Assembly (NCBI GenBank): GCA_035281625.1 | Contig: DATEDO010000028.1 | Coordinates: forward strand, 11,570 to 75,569 | DNA from: Candidatus Methylomirabilota bacterium | GTDB lineage: Bacteria > Methylomirabilota > Methylomirabilia > Rokubacteriales > CSP1-6 | DNA: 64,000 nucleotides | Reading direction: 5' to 3' | Shown: one piece after another, positions 46,523 through 54,692 of the stretch | Layout of the letters: every line of letters starts with the position of its first letter | Numbering within the stretch: the stretch's first letter is position 1 | Notes under the pieces: generated by a model | Seen by the model: only the letters and a program-made list of their open reading frames with translations | The model's database searches: none | Told to the model about the DNA's origin: nothing | Position numbers and translations under genes: made by a program

Positions 46523-47299
46523 ATGGACACTCCGAACGTCGTCTCGCGCGAGGAGTGGCTACGCGCCCGCAAGGCGCTGATGGCCAAAGAAAAGGAGTTC
46601 ACGCGGCAGCGGGACCGGCTGACGGCCGAGCGCCAGGCGCTGCCCTGGGTGCGCGTGGACAAGGAATACGTCTTCGACTCGCGGCAGGGCACGGTGACCC
46701 TGGCCGACCTGTTCGACGGCCGGAGCCAGCTCTTCGTGAAGCACTTCATGCTGGGGCCGGGCCAGGTGACACAATGCGTGGGGTGCTCGCTCGAGGTGGA
46801 TCACATCGACGGTCTCCTCGAGCATCTGCACAACCACGACGTGTCCTATGTCGCGGTGGCGCGGGCGCCGCTCGACGAGATCGAGGCCGTTCGCCGGCGC
46901 ATGGGCTGGCGCTTTCCGTGGGTGTCCTCATACCGGTCCGACTTCAACTACGACTTCAACGTGTCGTTCAGGCCGGAGGAGATCGCGGCGGGCCGCGCCT
47001 TCTACAACTACGAGCACGTGGCGCTCCCCATCGAGGATCTCTCCGGCGACAGCGTGTTCTTCCGGGACGCGCGCGGACAGATCTTCCACACGTACTCCAC
47101 CTTCGCGCGCGGCGGCGAGGAGTTCCTCGGCATCTATCGCTATCTCGACGTGACGCCGAAGGGTCGAATGGAAGAGGGGCCGTTCCGGAGCCTGACCGAC
47201 TGGGTGCGGCCCCGGAACATGTACGGCAAGGGCGGCATGGTAGAAGCCACGGGACGCTATCACGAGCCGGCGTGCGCCTGCGCCGCGCATCACGCGTGA
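46523..47299 (+). CDS. DUF899 thioredoxin-like family protein
   Basis: ATG 46523 follows GGAGGGAGG. EWLRARKALMAKEKEFTRQRD and a CxxC site (CVGCS). Confidence 0.85.
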   Translation: MDTPNVVSREEWLRARKALMAKEKEFTRQRDRLTAERQALPWVRVDKEYVFDSRQGTVTLADLFDGRSQLFVKHFMLGPGQVTQCVGCSLEVDHIDGLLEHLHNHDVSYVAVARAPLDEIEAVRRRMGWRFPWVSSYRSDFNYDFNVSFRPEEIAAGRAFYNYEHVALPIEDLSGDSVFFRDARGQIFHTYSTFARGGEEFLGIYRYLDVTPKGRMEEGPFRSLTDWVRPRNMYGKGGMVEATGRYHEPACACAAHHA

Positions 47300-47309
47300 G
47301 GAGGACCAC

Positions 47310-47789
47310 ATGGGGACCCGGAGCACGGCACTGGCGGATCGCTTCGACGCGGAGATCGAGAAGGCGGTCGCGACGCTGGAGGGACTGAGCGACGCGGACT
47401 GGCGGAAGGTGACGGCGGCCGAAGGCTGGACGGTGGGGGTGACCGCGCATCACTACGCGGGCGCCCTCGAACCCATCTCCCAGCTCATCGAGGGGCTCGT
47501 GGCGGGACGGCCCGGCACGCTGGATGGGCGCACGCTCGACGCGATGAACGCCCAGCACGCCCGCGACTTTGCGGACTGCACCAAGGCGGAGACGATCGCG
47601 CTGCTGCGCAAGGGGGCGGCGGTGGCGTCCAGCACCATCCGGGGGCTGACGGAGGCGGAGCTCGGGAGGAGCGGCACGGTGCTCGTCGATCTGCCGCAGA
47701 TGACGGTGGAGCAGCTGATCCAGGCCGCGCTGTTCGCGCACCTCGAGGAGCACTTCGGCAGCATCCGGAAGACGCTGGGGCGGGGCTAG
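47310..47789 (+). CDS. DinB-family (DinB_2) four-helix-bundle protein
   Basis: 159 aa. The WTVGVTAHHYAG pattern and C-terminal HLEEH are typical of the family. Confidence 0.7.
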   Translation: MGTRSTALADRFDAEIEKAVATLEGLSDADWRKVTAAEGWTVGVTAHHYAGALEPISQLIEGLVAGRPGTLDGRTLDAMNAQHARDFADCTKAETIALLRKGAAVASSTIRGLTEAELGRSGTVLVDLPQMTVEQLIQAALFAHLEEHFGSIRKTLGRG

Positions 47790-47893
47790 CCCGAGGCCCT
47801 GACCTTCAGCATCCTTCGAAAGAACCGAGCGGGGGGCCGCGCGCATCGCAAGAACAGAGACAGCCGAACCCCCCTAGCCCTGGAGGTTTCGAA

Positions 47894-48304
47894 ATGAAAC
47901 ACCGCATCATCGTCGCTGTGCTCTCGTCCGCCGCTCTCGTCTCTCTTGCCGGCTGTTCCACCACGAGCCCGAGCCAGTCGGCTGCCGCCCCGTCGGCCGT
48001 CATCGAACAACGGCCCACCGAACTCGCCGGCACGTGGCAAGGCGAGTTCTATCAGGTGGGTGCAGATTCGCAGCTCGAGGGGCAGGTGACACTCGAGGTC
48101 AAGGAGGACGGCAGCTATCAGATGACGGCGCGGCGCCTGGGCTCGGAGTCGGGCGTGATCGAGACGCGAGGCGACACCGTGACCCTCAAGAGCTCGTCGG
48201 GACACTGGACGCCCCTCCGGCGCTCGGGCGAGCGACTGTACGGCATGACCACGCACCCCAATGGAAGGCCGATCAAGCTCGTGCTGGAGCGCAGCCGCGG
48301 CTGA
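47894..48304 (+). CDS. Hypothetical lipoprotein
   Basis: The signal peptide ends in the lipobox LAGC. GGAGG lies upstream of the ATG. Confidence 0.7.
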   Translation: MKHRIIVAVLSSAALVSLAGCSTTSPSQSAAAPSAVIEQRPTELAGTWQGEFYQVGADSQLEGQVTLEVKEDGSYQMTARRLGSESGVIETRGDTVTLKSSSGHWTPLRRSGERLYGMTTHPNGRPIKLVLERSRG

Positions 48305-48315
48305 AGTTCGAGGCG

Positions 48316-48348
48316 GGGCCGGCTCGTCACCGGGTGGCGGGCCGGCCC
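48316..48348 (+). terminator. GC-rich hairpin downstream of the lipoprotein gene (possible terminator, no U-tract)
   Basis: GGGCCGGC (48316-48323) pairs with GCCGGCCC (48341-48348) around a 17-nt loop. Confidence 0.3.
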
Positions 48349-48402
48349 GACGCCGGCGAGACGACGAGCATCTCCGTTTCGTCCACTGGCTCACCAGGAG
48401 GG

Positions 48403-48431
48403 TTGACAGCTGGATGTAACTAGTGTTACAT
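48403..48431 (+). promoter_or_regulatory. Putative sigma70-type chrB promoter
   Basis: TTGACA (48403-48408), 17-nt spacer, then TTACAT (48426-48431). The ATG at 48440 lies only 8 nt after the -10 element and has no SD. Confidence 0.4.
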
Positions 48432-48432
48432 C
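48413..48432. promoter_or_regulatory. Perfect palindromic operator GATGTAAC-TAGT-GTTACATC overlapping the chrB promoter
   Basis: 8-bp perfect inverted arms in an AT-rich island within GC-rich DNA. A near copy lies at 54604-54623. Confidence 0.55.
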
Positions 48433-48439
48433 TAGCAAC

Positions 48440-49396
48440 ATGAACACGACCCCGCCGGGGCTCACCCTGCTGCTCCTCCTCGTCGGCCTGCCCCCCCACC
48501 CCTCCAGCCTGCGCGTGCGCGTGTGGCGCCGCCTGAAGTCGCTGGGCGCGGTGCCCCTCAAGCGCTCCGCGTATCTCTTGCCCGACACCCCGGAGCGCTA
48601 CGAGGATTTCCAGTGGCTCGCCCAGGAGATCGAGCGCGAGGGCGGCGAGGCCACCCTCATCCGCGTCCAGCAGATCGAAAATCTCGGCCCGGACGCGGTG
48701 CGCCGGCTCTTCCACGAGCCGCGCGACCAGGACTACCGCCAGCTCGCCGCGCGCTATCGCCGCCTGCTGCAGCGGCTCGACAAGAAGAGCGCGAGCGCCG
48801 CCGCCCAGGTTGAGGCCACGCGGCTGGCCAAGGACCATCAGCGCATCCGCGACGTCGACTTCTTCGACGCCCCCGGGGGGGCCGAGGTGCGGCGTCTCGA
48901 GGAGGTCATCGCCATGCGTACCCGACGTCCCGAGCCGGCGCGCCCCGAGGCGCCGCCCACGCTCGATCTCACCGCCTTGCGGGGCCGGAAGTGGGTCACG
49001 CGCCCGCGGCCGCACATCGACCGCATCGCCTCGGCCTGGCTGATCCGGCGCTTCATCGACCCCCAGGCCCAGTTCGTCTTCGCCCCGCCCGCGGAGTTCC
49101 CCCCGGACGCGATCCCGTTCGACGCGCCGGGAGTGGAGCTCAGCCATCAGGGCGAGGACTGCACGTTCGAGACCTTGATGAAGCGGGCGAGGCTGCGTGA
49201 CCGGCGGCTCACCCGCTTGGCCGAGCTGGTGCACGAGGCCGATCTGCGCGACGGGAAGTATCCACGTGAGGAAGCGCGCGGCATCGATGTGGCGGTGCGG
49301 GCGCTCCTGGCCGCCTCCGCCGACGACCAGCAGGTGCTGGCGCAGGGCATGGCGCTCTTCGAGGGCCTCTACGCCACCACGTCGAGGAAGGGCTGA
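48440..49396 (+). CDS. chrB: Chromate resistance regulator ChrB (N- and C-terminal ChrB domains)
   Basis: ChrB_N-like SSLRVRVWRRLKSLGAVPLKRSAYLLP and Chrome_Resist motif WVTRPRPHIDRIASAWLIRRFIDP. Confidence 0.85.
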   Translation: MNTTPPGLTLLLLLVGLPPHPSSLRVRVWRRLKSLGAVPLKRSAYLLPDTPERYEDFQWLAQEIEREGGEATLIRVQQIENLGPDAVRRLFHEPRDQDYRQLAARYRRLLQRLDKKSASAAAQVEATRLAKDHQRIRDVDFFDAPGGAEVRRLEEVIAMRTRRPEPARPEAPPTLDLTALRGRKWVTRPRPHIDRIASAWLIRRFIDPQAQFVFAPPAEFPPDAIPFDAPGVELSHQGEDCTFETLMKRARLRDRRLTRLAELVHEADLRDGKYPREEARGIDVAVRALLAASADDQQVLAQGMALFEGLYATTSRKG

Positions 49397-49399
49397 CCC

Positions 49400-50380
49400 G
49401 TGCTGATTCTCAGCCGGCGCGACGTGCTGGATCTGCTCTCGCTGCCCGACTGCATCGAGGCGGTCGAGGCCGCCTTCCGCGCGCACGCCGAGGCCCGCGT
49501 GCTGGGGCCGGGGGTGCTGGCCGTCCACGCGGCGGCGGGTAGCTTCCACATCAAGGCGGCGGGGCTCATCGGCGAGCGGAGCTACTTCGCGGCCAAGACC
49601 AACGGCAACTTCCCCGACAACCCGCGGCGCCACGGCCTTCCGACCATCCGGGGCACGGTCGTGCTGGCCGACGCGGACCATGGCGCCCCCCTGGCGGCCA
49701 TGGACTCAGGCAGCATCACCGCGCTTCGCACCGGCGCGGCCACCGCGGTGGCGGCCCGGCATCTGGCCCGGCCCGCGTCCCTCCGGGCCACCGTGGTGGG
49801 GTGCGGCGTGCAGGGCGAGATCCAGCTCGCGGCCCTCGCCGCCGTGCTGCCCCTGGCGCGCGCGTGGGTGCTGGACCTGGACCACGCTCGCGCGGAGACG
49901 ATGGCCGCCCGCATGAGCGAGCGGCTCGGCTTTCCCGTCGAGGCCGCGAAGGATCTGGACGCCGTGCTGCGGGAGAGCGACGCGGTGGTCACCAGCACGC
50001 CCGCGCGCCGCGCCTTCGTCACGCGGGCGATGGTGGCGCCGGGCACGTTCCTCGCCGCGGTCGGCGCCGACAACGTGGGCAAGCAGGAGCTGGAGCCGGC
50101 CTTGGTGGCCTCCGCCACCCTGGTGGTGGACGTGCTGGAGCAGTGCGCCGAGATCGGTGAGCTCCAGCACGCCCTCGCCGCGGGACTCCTGACGCGGGAG
50201 CAGGTGCACGCCGAGCTGGCCGACGTGGTGGCGGGACGCCGGCCGGGCCGCACGCGCGAGGACGAGATCACGGTGTTCGACAGCTCGGGCACCGCCCTGG
50301 AGGACGTCGCGGCCGCCGTTGCCGTCTACGAGACGGCGCGGGCCCGCGGCCGCGGCACGGAGGTGGCGATCGATGACTGA
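49400..50380 (+). CDS. Ornithine cyclodeaminase/mu-crystallin family protein
   Basis: GTG start 3 nt after the chrB stop. GSITALRTGAATAVAARHLA and the VVGCGVQG Rossmann motif. Confidence 0.85.
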   Translation: MLILSRRDVLDLLSLPDCIEAVEAAFRAHAEARVLGPGVLAVHAAAGSFHIKAAGLIGERSYFAAKTNGNFPDNPRRHGLPTIRGTVVLADADHGAPLAAMDSGSITALRTGAATAVAARHLARPASLRATVVGCGVQGEIQLAALAAVLPLARAWVLDLDHARAETMAARMSERLGFPVEAAKDLDAVLRESDAVVTSTPARRAFVTRAMVAPGTFLAAVGADNVGKQELEPALVASATLVVDVLEQCAEIGELQHALAAGLLTREQVHAELADVVAGRRPGRTREDEITVFDSSGTALEDVAAAVAVYETARARGRGTEVAIDD

Positions 50381-51575
50381 GCAAGCGGCTCCGACTCGAG
50401 AAAACACCCATCCCTTCAGAGAGATCACCCTGAGCTTTCTCAAGGTGGGCGCCACGGCCTACGGCGGGCCGGCCATTCTCGGCATGATGCAGGCCGAGTT
50501 CCAGGAGACGCGGCGCTGGGTGTCGAAGCAGCGCTTCCTGGAGGGCCTGTCGCTCGTGAACGTGCTGCCGGGCGCGCCCATGGTGCAGCTCGGCATCTTC
50601 CTCGGCTACGTGCGCGCCGGCTGGCGGGGCGGACTCCTCGCCGGCGCGTGCTTCTCCGCGCCCGGCTTCTTCGTCATGCTGGCGCTCGCGCTCGCGTACG
50701 CCACACTGGGCGTGAACCCGGTGATCCGCGGCGCGCTCTACGGCCTCGGCCCGGTGGTGCTGGCGGCGTTCATCCTCGCCGTGTATCGGCTGGGCCGCTC
50801 CGCCCTGCGCAGCTCCACGCATCGCCTCATCGCGGCCGGGGCCGCGCTGGCCGCGCTGGCAAGCCCGCTCGGGACGGTCGCCATCCTGCTGCTCGCCGCG
50901 GCGGTGGGCCTCTTCGCGTTTCACTCCCGCGCGCGCGGCGCGATGGCCCTCGCCTTCGTGGCGGCGGCGATCGTCGGCGCCTCCCTGATGCCTCCGACGG
51001 CGGTGGCCTTGCCCGGCAGTGACGGGACGTCCCGACTCGTCACCCTCGTCGCGCTCTTTTCGACCATCGGGGCCTTCACGTTCGGCGGCGGGCTCAGCAT
51101 GATCGCGCTGCTCGAGGAGCACGTGGTGAGCCGCCTCCACTGGCTGTCGCCCGAGGAGTTCATCGCGGGCCTGGCGCTGAGCCAGCTCATGCCCGGCCCC
51201 ATCCTGATGGTGGCGGCCTATATCGGCTTCAAGCTCCATGGCGTGGGCGGGGCGCTCGCCGCTGCGGTCGCCGTGTTCCTGCCGTCCTTCGTTCTCATGC
51301 TGGGGATCCTGCCGCTCTTCGATCGCGTGCGGAGCCTCGCGTGGGCGCAGGCGGTGATGCAGGGCATCGCCCCCGCCGTGGTCGGCGTGATGACGGTGGT
51401 GATACTCCGCATGTCGCGCTCCGCGGCGCCGGATACGCCGGCCCTGCTCATTCTCATCGCCACCGTCGCTGCGATGCATCTGTGGCGCGTCACGCCCATG
51501 AAGGCGATGGTGGGCGGCGCCGTCGCCGGCGTGGTGCGGAGCCGCATCCTCGCGGTGGCCGGACTGGCTCACTAA
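50373..51575 (+). CDS. chrA: Chromate transporter ChrA (two CHR domains)
   Basis: Track ORF trimmed to ATG 50373, which overlaps the upstream gene by 8 nt. FLKVGATAYGGPA and FGGGLSMIALL motifs occur in the two halves. Confidence 0.9.
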   Translation: MTEQAAPTRENTHPFREITLSFLKVGATAYGGPAILGMMQAEFQETRRWVSKQRFLEGLSLVNVLPGAPMVQLGIFLGYVRAGWRGGLLAGACFSAPGFFVMLALALAYATLGVNPVIRGALYGLGPVVLAAFILAVYRLGRSALRSSTHRLIAAGAALAALASPLGTVAILLLAAAVGLFAFHSRARGAMALAFVAAAIVGASLMPPTAVALPGSDGTSRLVTLVALFSTIGAFTFGGGLSMIALLEEHVVSRLHWLSPEEFIAGLALSQLMPGPILMVAAYIGFKLHGVGGALAAAVAVFLPSFVLMLGILPLFDRVRSLAWAQAVMQGIAPAVVGVMTVVILRMSRSAAPDTPALLILIATVAAMHLWRVTPMKAMVGGAVAGVVRSRILAVAGLAH

Positions 51576-51606
51576 ATCAGATCGCCTGGAATCGGGAGGA
51601 CCCGTC

Positions 51607-52431
51607 ATGAAATGGATCACTCGCGAGCGTGCCCGTGTGGACCGGATCGCGTGTCCCTGGCTCATCAGCCGGTTCATCGATCCCAAGCCCGAGTTTCTGT
51701 TCGTGCCCGCCACGCAGGTGGTGGACGCGGCGACGCGCGAGGGCGCGATTCCCTACGACATTCCCAACGTGGAGCTGGGGCATCACGGCCCCCGGTGCTC
51801 CTTCGACGCCTTCATCGACCGCTACGAGCTGGGCGATGACGCCGGGCTGGCCAAGCTGGCCCCGATCGTGCGGGGGGCCGACACGGAGGATCGCGCCCTG
51901 ACGCGCGAGTCGGCCGGCCTCTACGCCGCGGCCACGGGCTTTCAGGCCACGAGCCGGGACGACTTCGACAACATGACGCGGCAGTTCCCCATGTACGACG
52001 CGCTCTACGCCTACTGCCGCGCCGAGGCGAAGGCGCCGGCGCCGCCGCGGGTGCTCTTCGTCTGTCTGCACGGGGCGGCCAAGAGCGTGGTGGCGGCCGC
52101 GCACTTCCGCCGGCTGGCCGCCGCCCGCGGCCTCGCGGTGGACGCGGTGGCGGCGGGCACCGAGCCGGATAACGAGCTGGCGGGTGGAGCGGTGAAAGGG
52201 CTCGCGGGCGAGGGGCTCCGCGCCACGCCGAGCCGGCCCCGGCCGGTTACCCTGCACGACCTCGAGACGGCGACGCGCGTGGTCGCCTTCGGCTGCGACG
52301 TCACACCGTCGCGCGGGCAGCCGATGGAGCAGTGGGAGGTGCCGGCGGTGAGCGACGGCTACGCCGCCGCGCGGGACCGCATCGTGGCGAACGTGGAGCG
52401 GCTCGTCGCCGACCTCGCGGCCGGGCGCTAG
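51607..52431 (+). CDS. Fusion protein: ChrB C-terminal (Chrome_Resist) domain plus LMW phosphatase/ArsC-like domain
   Basis: The N-terminal half has WITRERARVDRIACPWLISRFIDP. The C-terminal half has VLFVCLHGAAKS...AAGTEPD, an LMW-PTP-like fold with C-X5-K instead of C-X5-R. Confidence 0.8.
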   Translation: MKWITRERARVDRIACPWLISRFIDPKPEFLFVPATQVVDAATREGAIPYDIPNVELGHHGPRCSFDAFIDRYELGDDAGLAKLAPIVRGADTEDRALTRESAGLYAAATGFQATSRDDFDNMTRQFPMYDALYAYCRAEAKAPAPPRVLFVCLHGAAKSVVAAAHFRRLAAARGLAVDAVAAGTEPDNELAGGAVKGLAGEGLRATPSRPRPVTLHDLETATRVVAFGCDVTPSRGQPMEQWEVPAVSDGYAAARDRIVANVERLVADLAAGR

Positions 52432-52433
52432 CC

Positions 52434-53360
52434 ATGCCGCTACGGCAGCTCGGCTACATCGATCTCCCGCCCCACCAGGGCGCGGGCGGCTTCGATCATG
52501 CCGCCGTGCACGAGCGCAGCGGCCGCGTCTTCGTCGCCCACACCGCCAACGACGCGGTGGACGTGCTGGACGTCGGGGCGGGCAAGCACGTGGGCTCGGT
52601 CGGGGGCCTGCCGGCGGTCGCTGGCGCGCTCGCGGTGGCCGCGCCCGATCTCATGGTGACGTCGAACCGCGGCGAGAACACGGTGGGCCTCTTCTCGCCG
52701 GATGATCTCGGAGCGGTGGCCAAGATCGCGGTGGGCGTCCGGCCGAACGGTCTCGCCCTGGACCCGCGGCGCGGGCGGATCCTCGCCGCCCATGTCGGGG
52801 ATCCCGCGATTCCCGGCTCATACACGGTGTCGATTCTCGATCTCGCCTCCCGGCGCCGGCTCGCCGACTTGCCCGTGCCCGGCCGCACCAGGTGGGCGGT
52901 GCACGATCCGGTGACGGATGCCTTCTTCGTGAACATCATGGACCCGCCTCACATCGCGGTCGTTGAGGCCGGGGACCCGCCCGGCGTGCGGCGGCTGATC
53001 CCCATCCCCCATGCCGGGCCGCACGGTCTGGACGTCGACGTGGCGCGGCGGCGGCTCTACTGCGCCTGCGACGCGGGCGTGCTTCTCGAGGTCGACGTGG
53101 ACACCGGTAGCATCCTCGCGACCGAGCCCCTCGCGGGCGTCCCCGACGTGGTGTTCTTCAACCCCCGGCTGGGGCGGGTCTACGTCGCGATCGGCGAGCC
53201 GGGCGTGATCGAGGTCTTCTGCACGGCCCGGGTGAAGGCGCTCGAGACCATCCCGACGGAGCGCGGGGCGCACACGCTGTCGTTCGACGCGGCGCGGGGC
53301 CTCGTCTGTGCGTTCCTGCCGGGGACGCACCGCGCGGCGGTGTACGAGGACCGGCTGTAG
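52434..53360 (+). CDS. YncE/YVTN-like beta-propeller protein, no signal peptide
   Basis: Track ORF trimmed to ATG 52434, 2 nt after the upstream stop. Repeated strand motifs (VFVAH, ILAAHVG, FFVNI, LYCAC, VYVAI). Confidence 0.65.
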   Translation: MPLRQLGYIDLPPHQGAGGFDHAAVHERSGRVFVAHTANDAVDVLDVGAGKHVGSVGGLPAVAGALAVAAPDLMVTSNRGENTVGLFSPDDLGAVAKIAVGVRPNGLALDPRRGRILAAHVGDPAIPGSYTVSILDLASRRRLADLPVPGRTRWAVHDPVTDAFFVNIMDPPHIAVVEAGDPPGVRRLIPIPHAGPHGLDVDVARRRLYCACDAGVLLEVDVDTGSILATEPLAGVPDVVFFNPRLGRVYVAIGEPGVIEVFCTARVKALETIPTERGAHTLSFDAARGLVCAFLPGTHRAAVYEDRL

Positions 53361-53363
53361 CGC

Positions 53364-54572
53364 TCAGACCGTTCCGCGCAACACGAACAGGGCGACGCCG
53401 ATGGCCCCGGCCGCGACGACGACGATGGGCTCGGGGATCTTGAAGCGCCACAGGATGACGAGGCTGGCCAGCGCGAGCGCGGCGGTGGGCACGTCGTAGA
53501 CGGCCTTCTGCGCGATGAGGAGGACGGCCCCGCTGATGGCGCCGGTGGCGGCGGCGGTCGCGCCCTGCACGAACGCCTTCAGCTGGGGGTTGTCGCGATT
53601 GCGGCTGAACCACGGCGCGGGGACGATGGTGAAGATGTAGACGGGCAGGAAGATGCCGATCGCGGCCACCACCGCGCCCGCCAGCCCCGCGACGAGAAAG
53701 CCGATGAAGGCCACCGTGATGACGACCGGCCCCGGGGTGATCATCGCGACCGCGACCGCGTCCACGAACTGCTGCTCGCTGAGCCAGCCGAACTGCTGGA
53801 CGACGCCCTGATGCAGGAAGGGCACGATGGCCAGCCCGCTCCCGAACACGAAGGCGCCGGCCTTCGTGAAGAAGACGAGCAGGCTTACCAGGACGCTGTC
53901 GCTGTCCCCGCCGATGCGGGCGACCCAGCGCTCCATCAGCCAGATGAGGCCGACCACGGCCAGCCCGGCCGCACCCATCGCGACCGCGACCCGACGAGAC
54001 GGCCGCGCCCGGACGAACAGGACCACGAAGCCGGCGAGCACGAAGAACTCGGCGAGCTCCGCCTCGGCCCAGACCGTGACCGCGGCCAGGGCCACGAAGA
54101 TGCCCCAGAGCAGCGGGTCGCGCTTGTTGGTGGAGCGGGAGAGCTTGTACGCCGCGATGGCGATGATGCCGATGACGGCGGCGCCGATGCCGTAGAAGAG
54201 CGCCTGCATCCACCAGAGGCCGCCGTAGCGCAGGTAGGCCACGGAGATTGCAATCACCATCAGGAAGGACGGCACGATGAACGCCACCCCGACGAGGGTC
54301 GCGCCCAGCACGCCGCGCTGGAAGTACCCGAGGGCGATGGCCAGCTGGGCCGCAAGGGGGCCGGGCATGATCTGGGCGAGCGCGATGCCGAGCCGGTATT
54401 CGTCCTCGTCGATCCAGCCCCGCCGCTCCACCAGATCGCGGTGCATGAACCCGACCAGCGCGACCGGCCCACCGAAGCCGAAGGTGCCCAGATACAAGAA
54501 GTAGCGGACGAGGTCGGCCAAGCTCGCCCGCTTCACGGGCGTCGTCGCGGCCACAGGGCTGGGGCTAGCCAT
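53364..54572 (-). CDS. chrA: Chromate transporter ChrA, second copy (two CHR domains)
   Basis: Track ORF trimmed to ATG 54570-54572, which follows GGAGGA. YLGTFGFGGPVALVGF and FGSGLAIVPFL motifs. Confidence 0.9.
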   Translation of the reverse strand: MASPSPVAATTPVKRASLADLVRYFLYLGTFGFGGPVALVGFMHRDLVERRGWIDEDEYRLGIALAQIMPGPLAAQLAIALGYFQRGVLGATLVGVAFIVPSFLMVIAISVAYLRYGGLWWMQALFYGIGAAVIGIIAIAAYKLSRSTNKRDPLLWGIFVALAAVTVWAEAELAEFFVLAGFVVLFVRARPSRRVAVAMGAAGLAVVGLIWLMERWVARIGGDSDSVLVSLLVFFTKAGAFVFGSGLAIVPFLHQGVVQQFGWLSEQQFVDAVAVAMITPGPVVITVAFIGFLVAGLAGAVVAAIGIFLPVYIFTIVPAPWFSRNRDNPQLKAFVQGATAAATGAISGAVLLIAQKAVYDVPTAALALASLVILWRFKIPEPIVVVAAGAIGVALFVLRGTV

Positions 54573-54603
54573 GAACGTCCTCCGGGTGTAACGTGATTCA
54601 GGC

Positions 54604-54623
54604 GATGTATCAATTGTTACAAC
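54604..54623. promoter_or_regulatory. Operator-like palindrome GATGTATC-AATT-GTTACAAC upstream of the second chrA
   Basis: 16 of 20 positions are identical to the chrB operator (14 of 16 in the arms). An extra GTGTAAC half-site at 54586-54592 abuts the SD. Confidence 0.5.
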
Positions 54624-54692
54624 GACCGATGCCAGGAGCGCAAGGCCTATGGTGCGCCTCCTACGATGTCGCGGGTACGCCGCGAATCGTGA

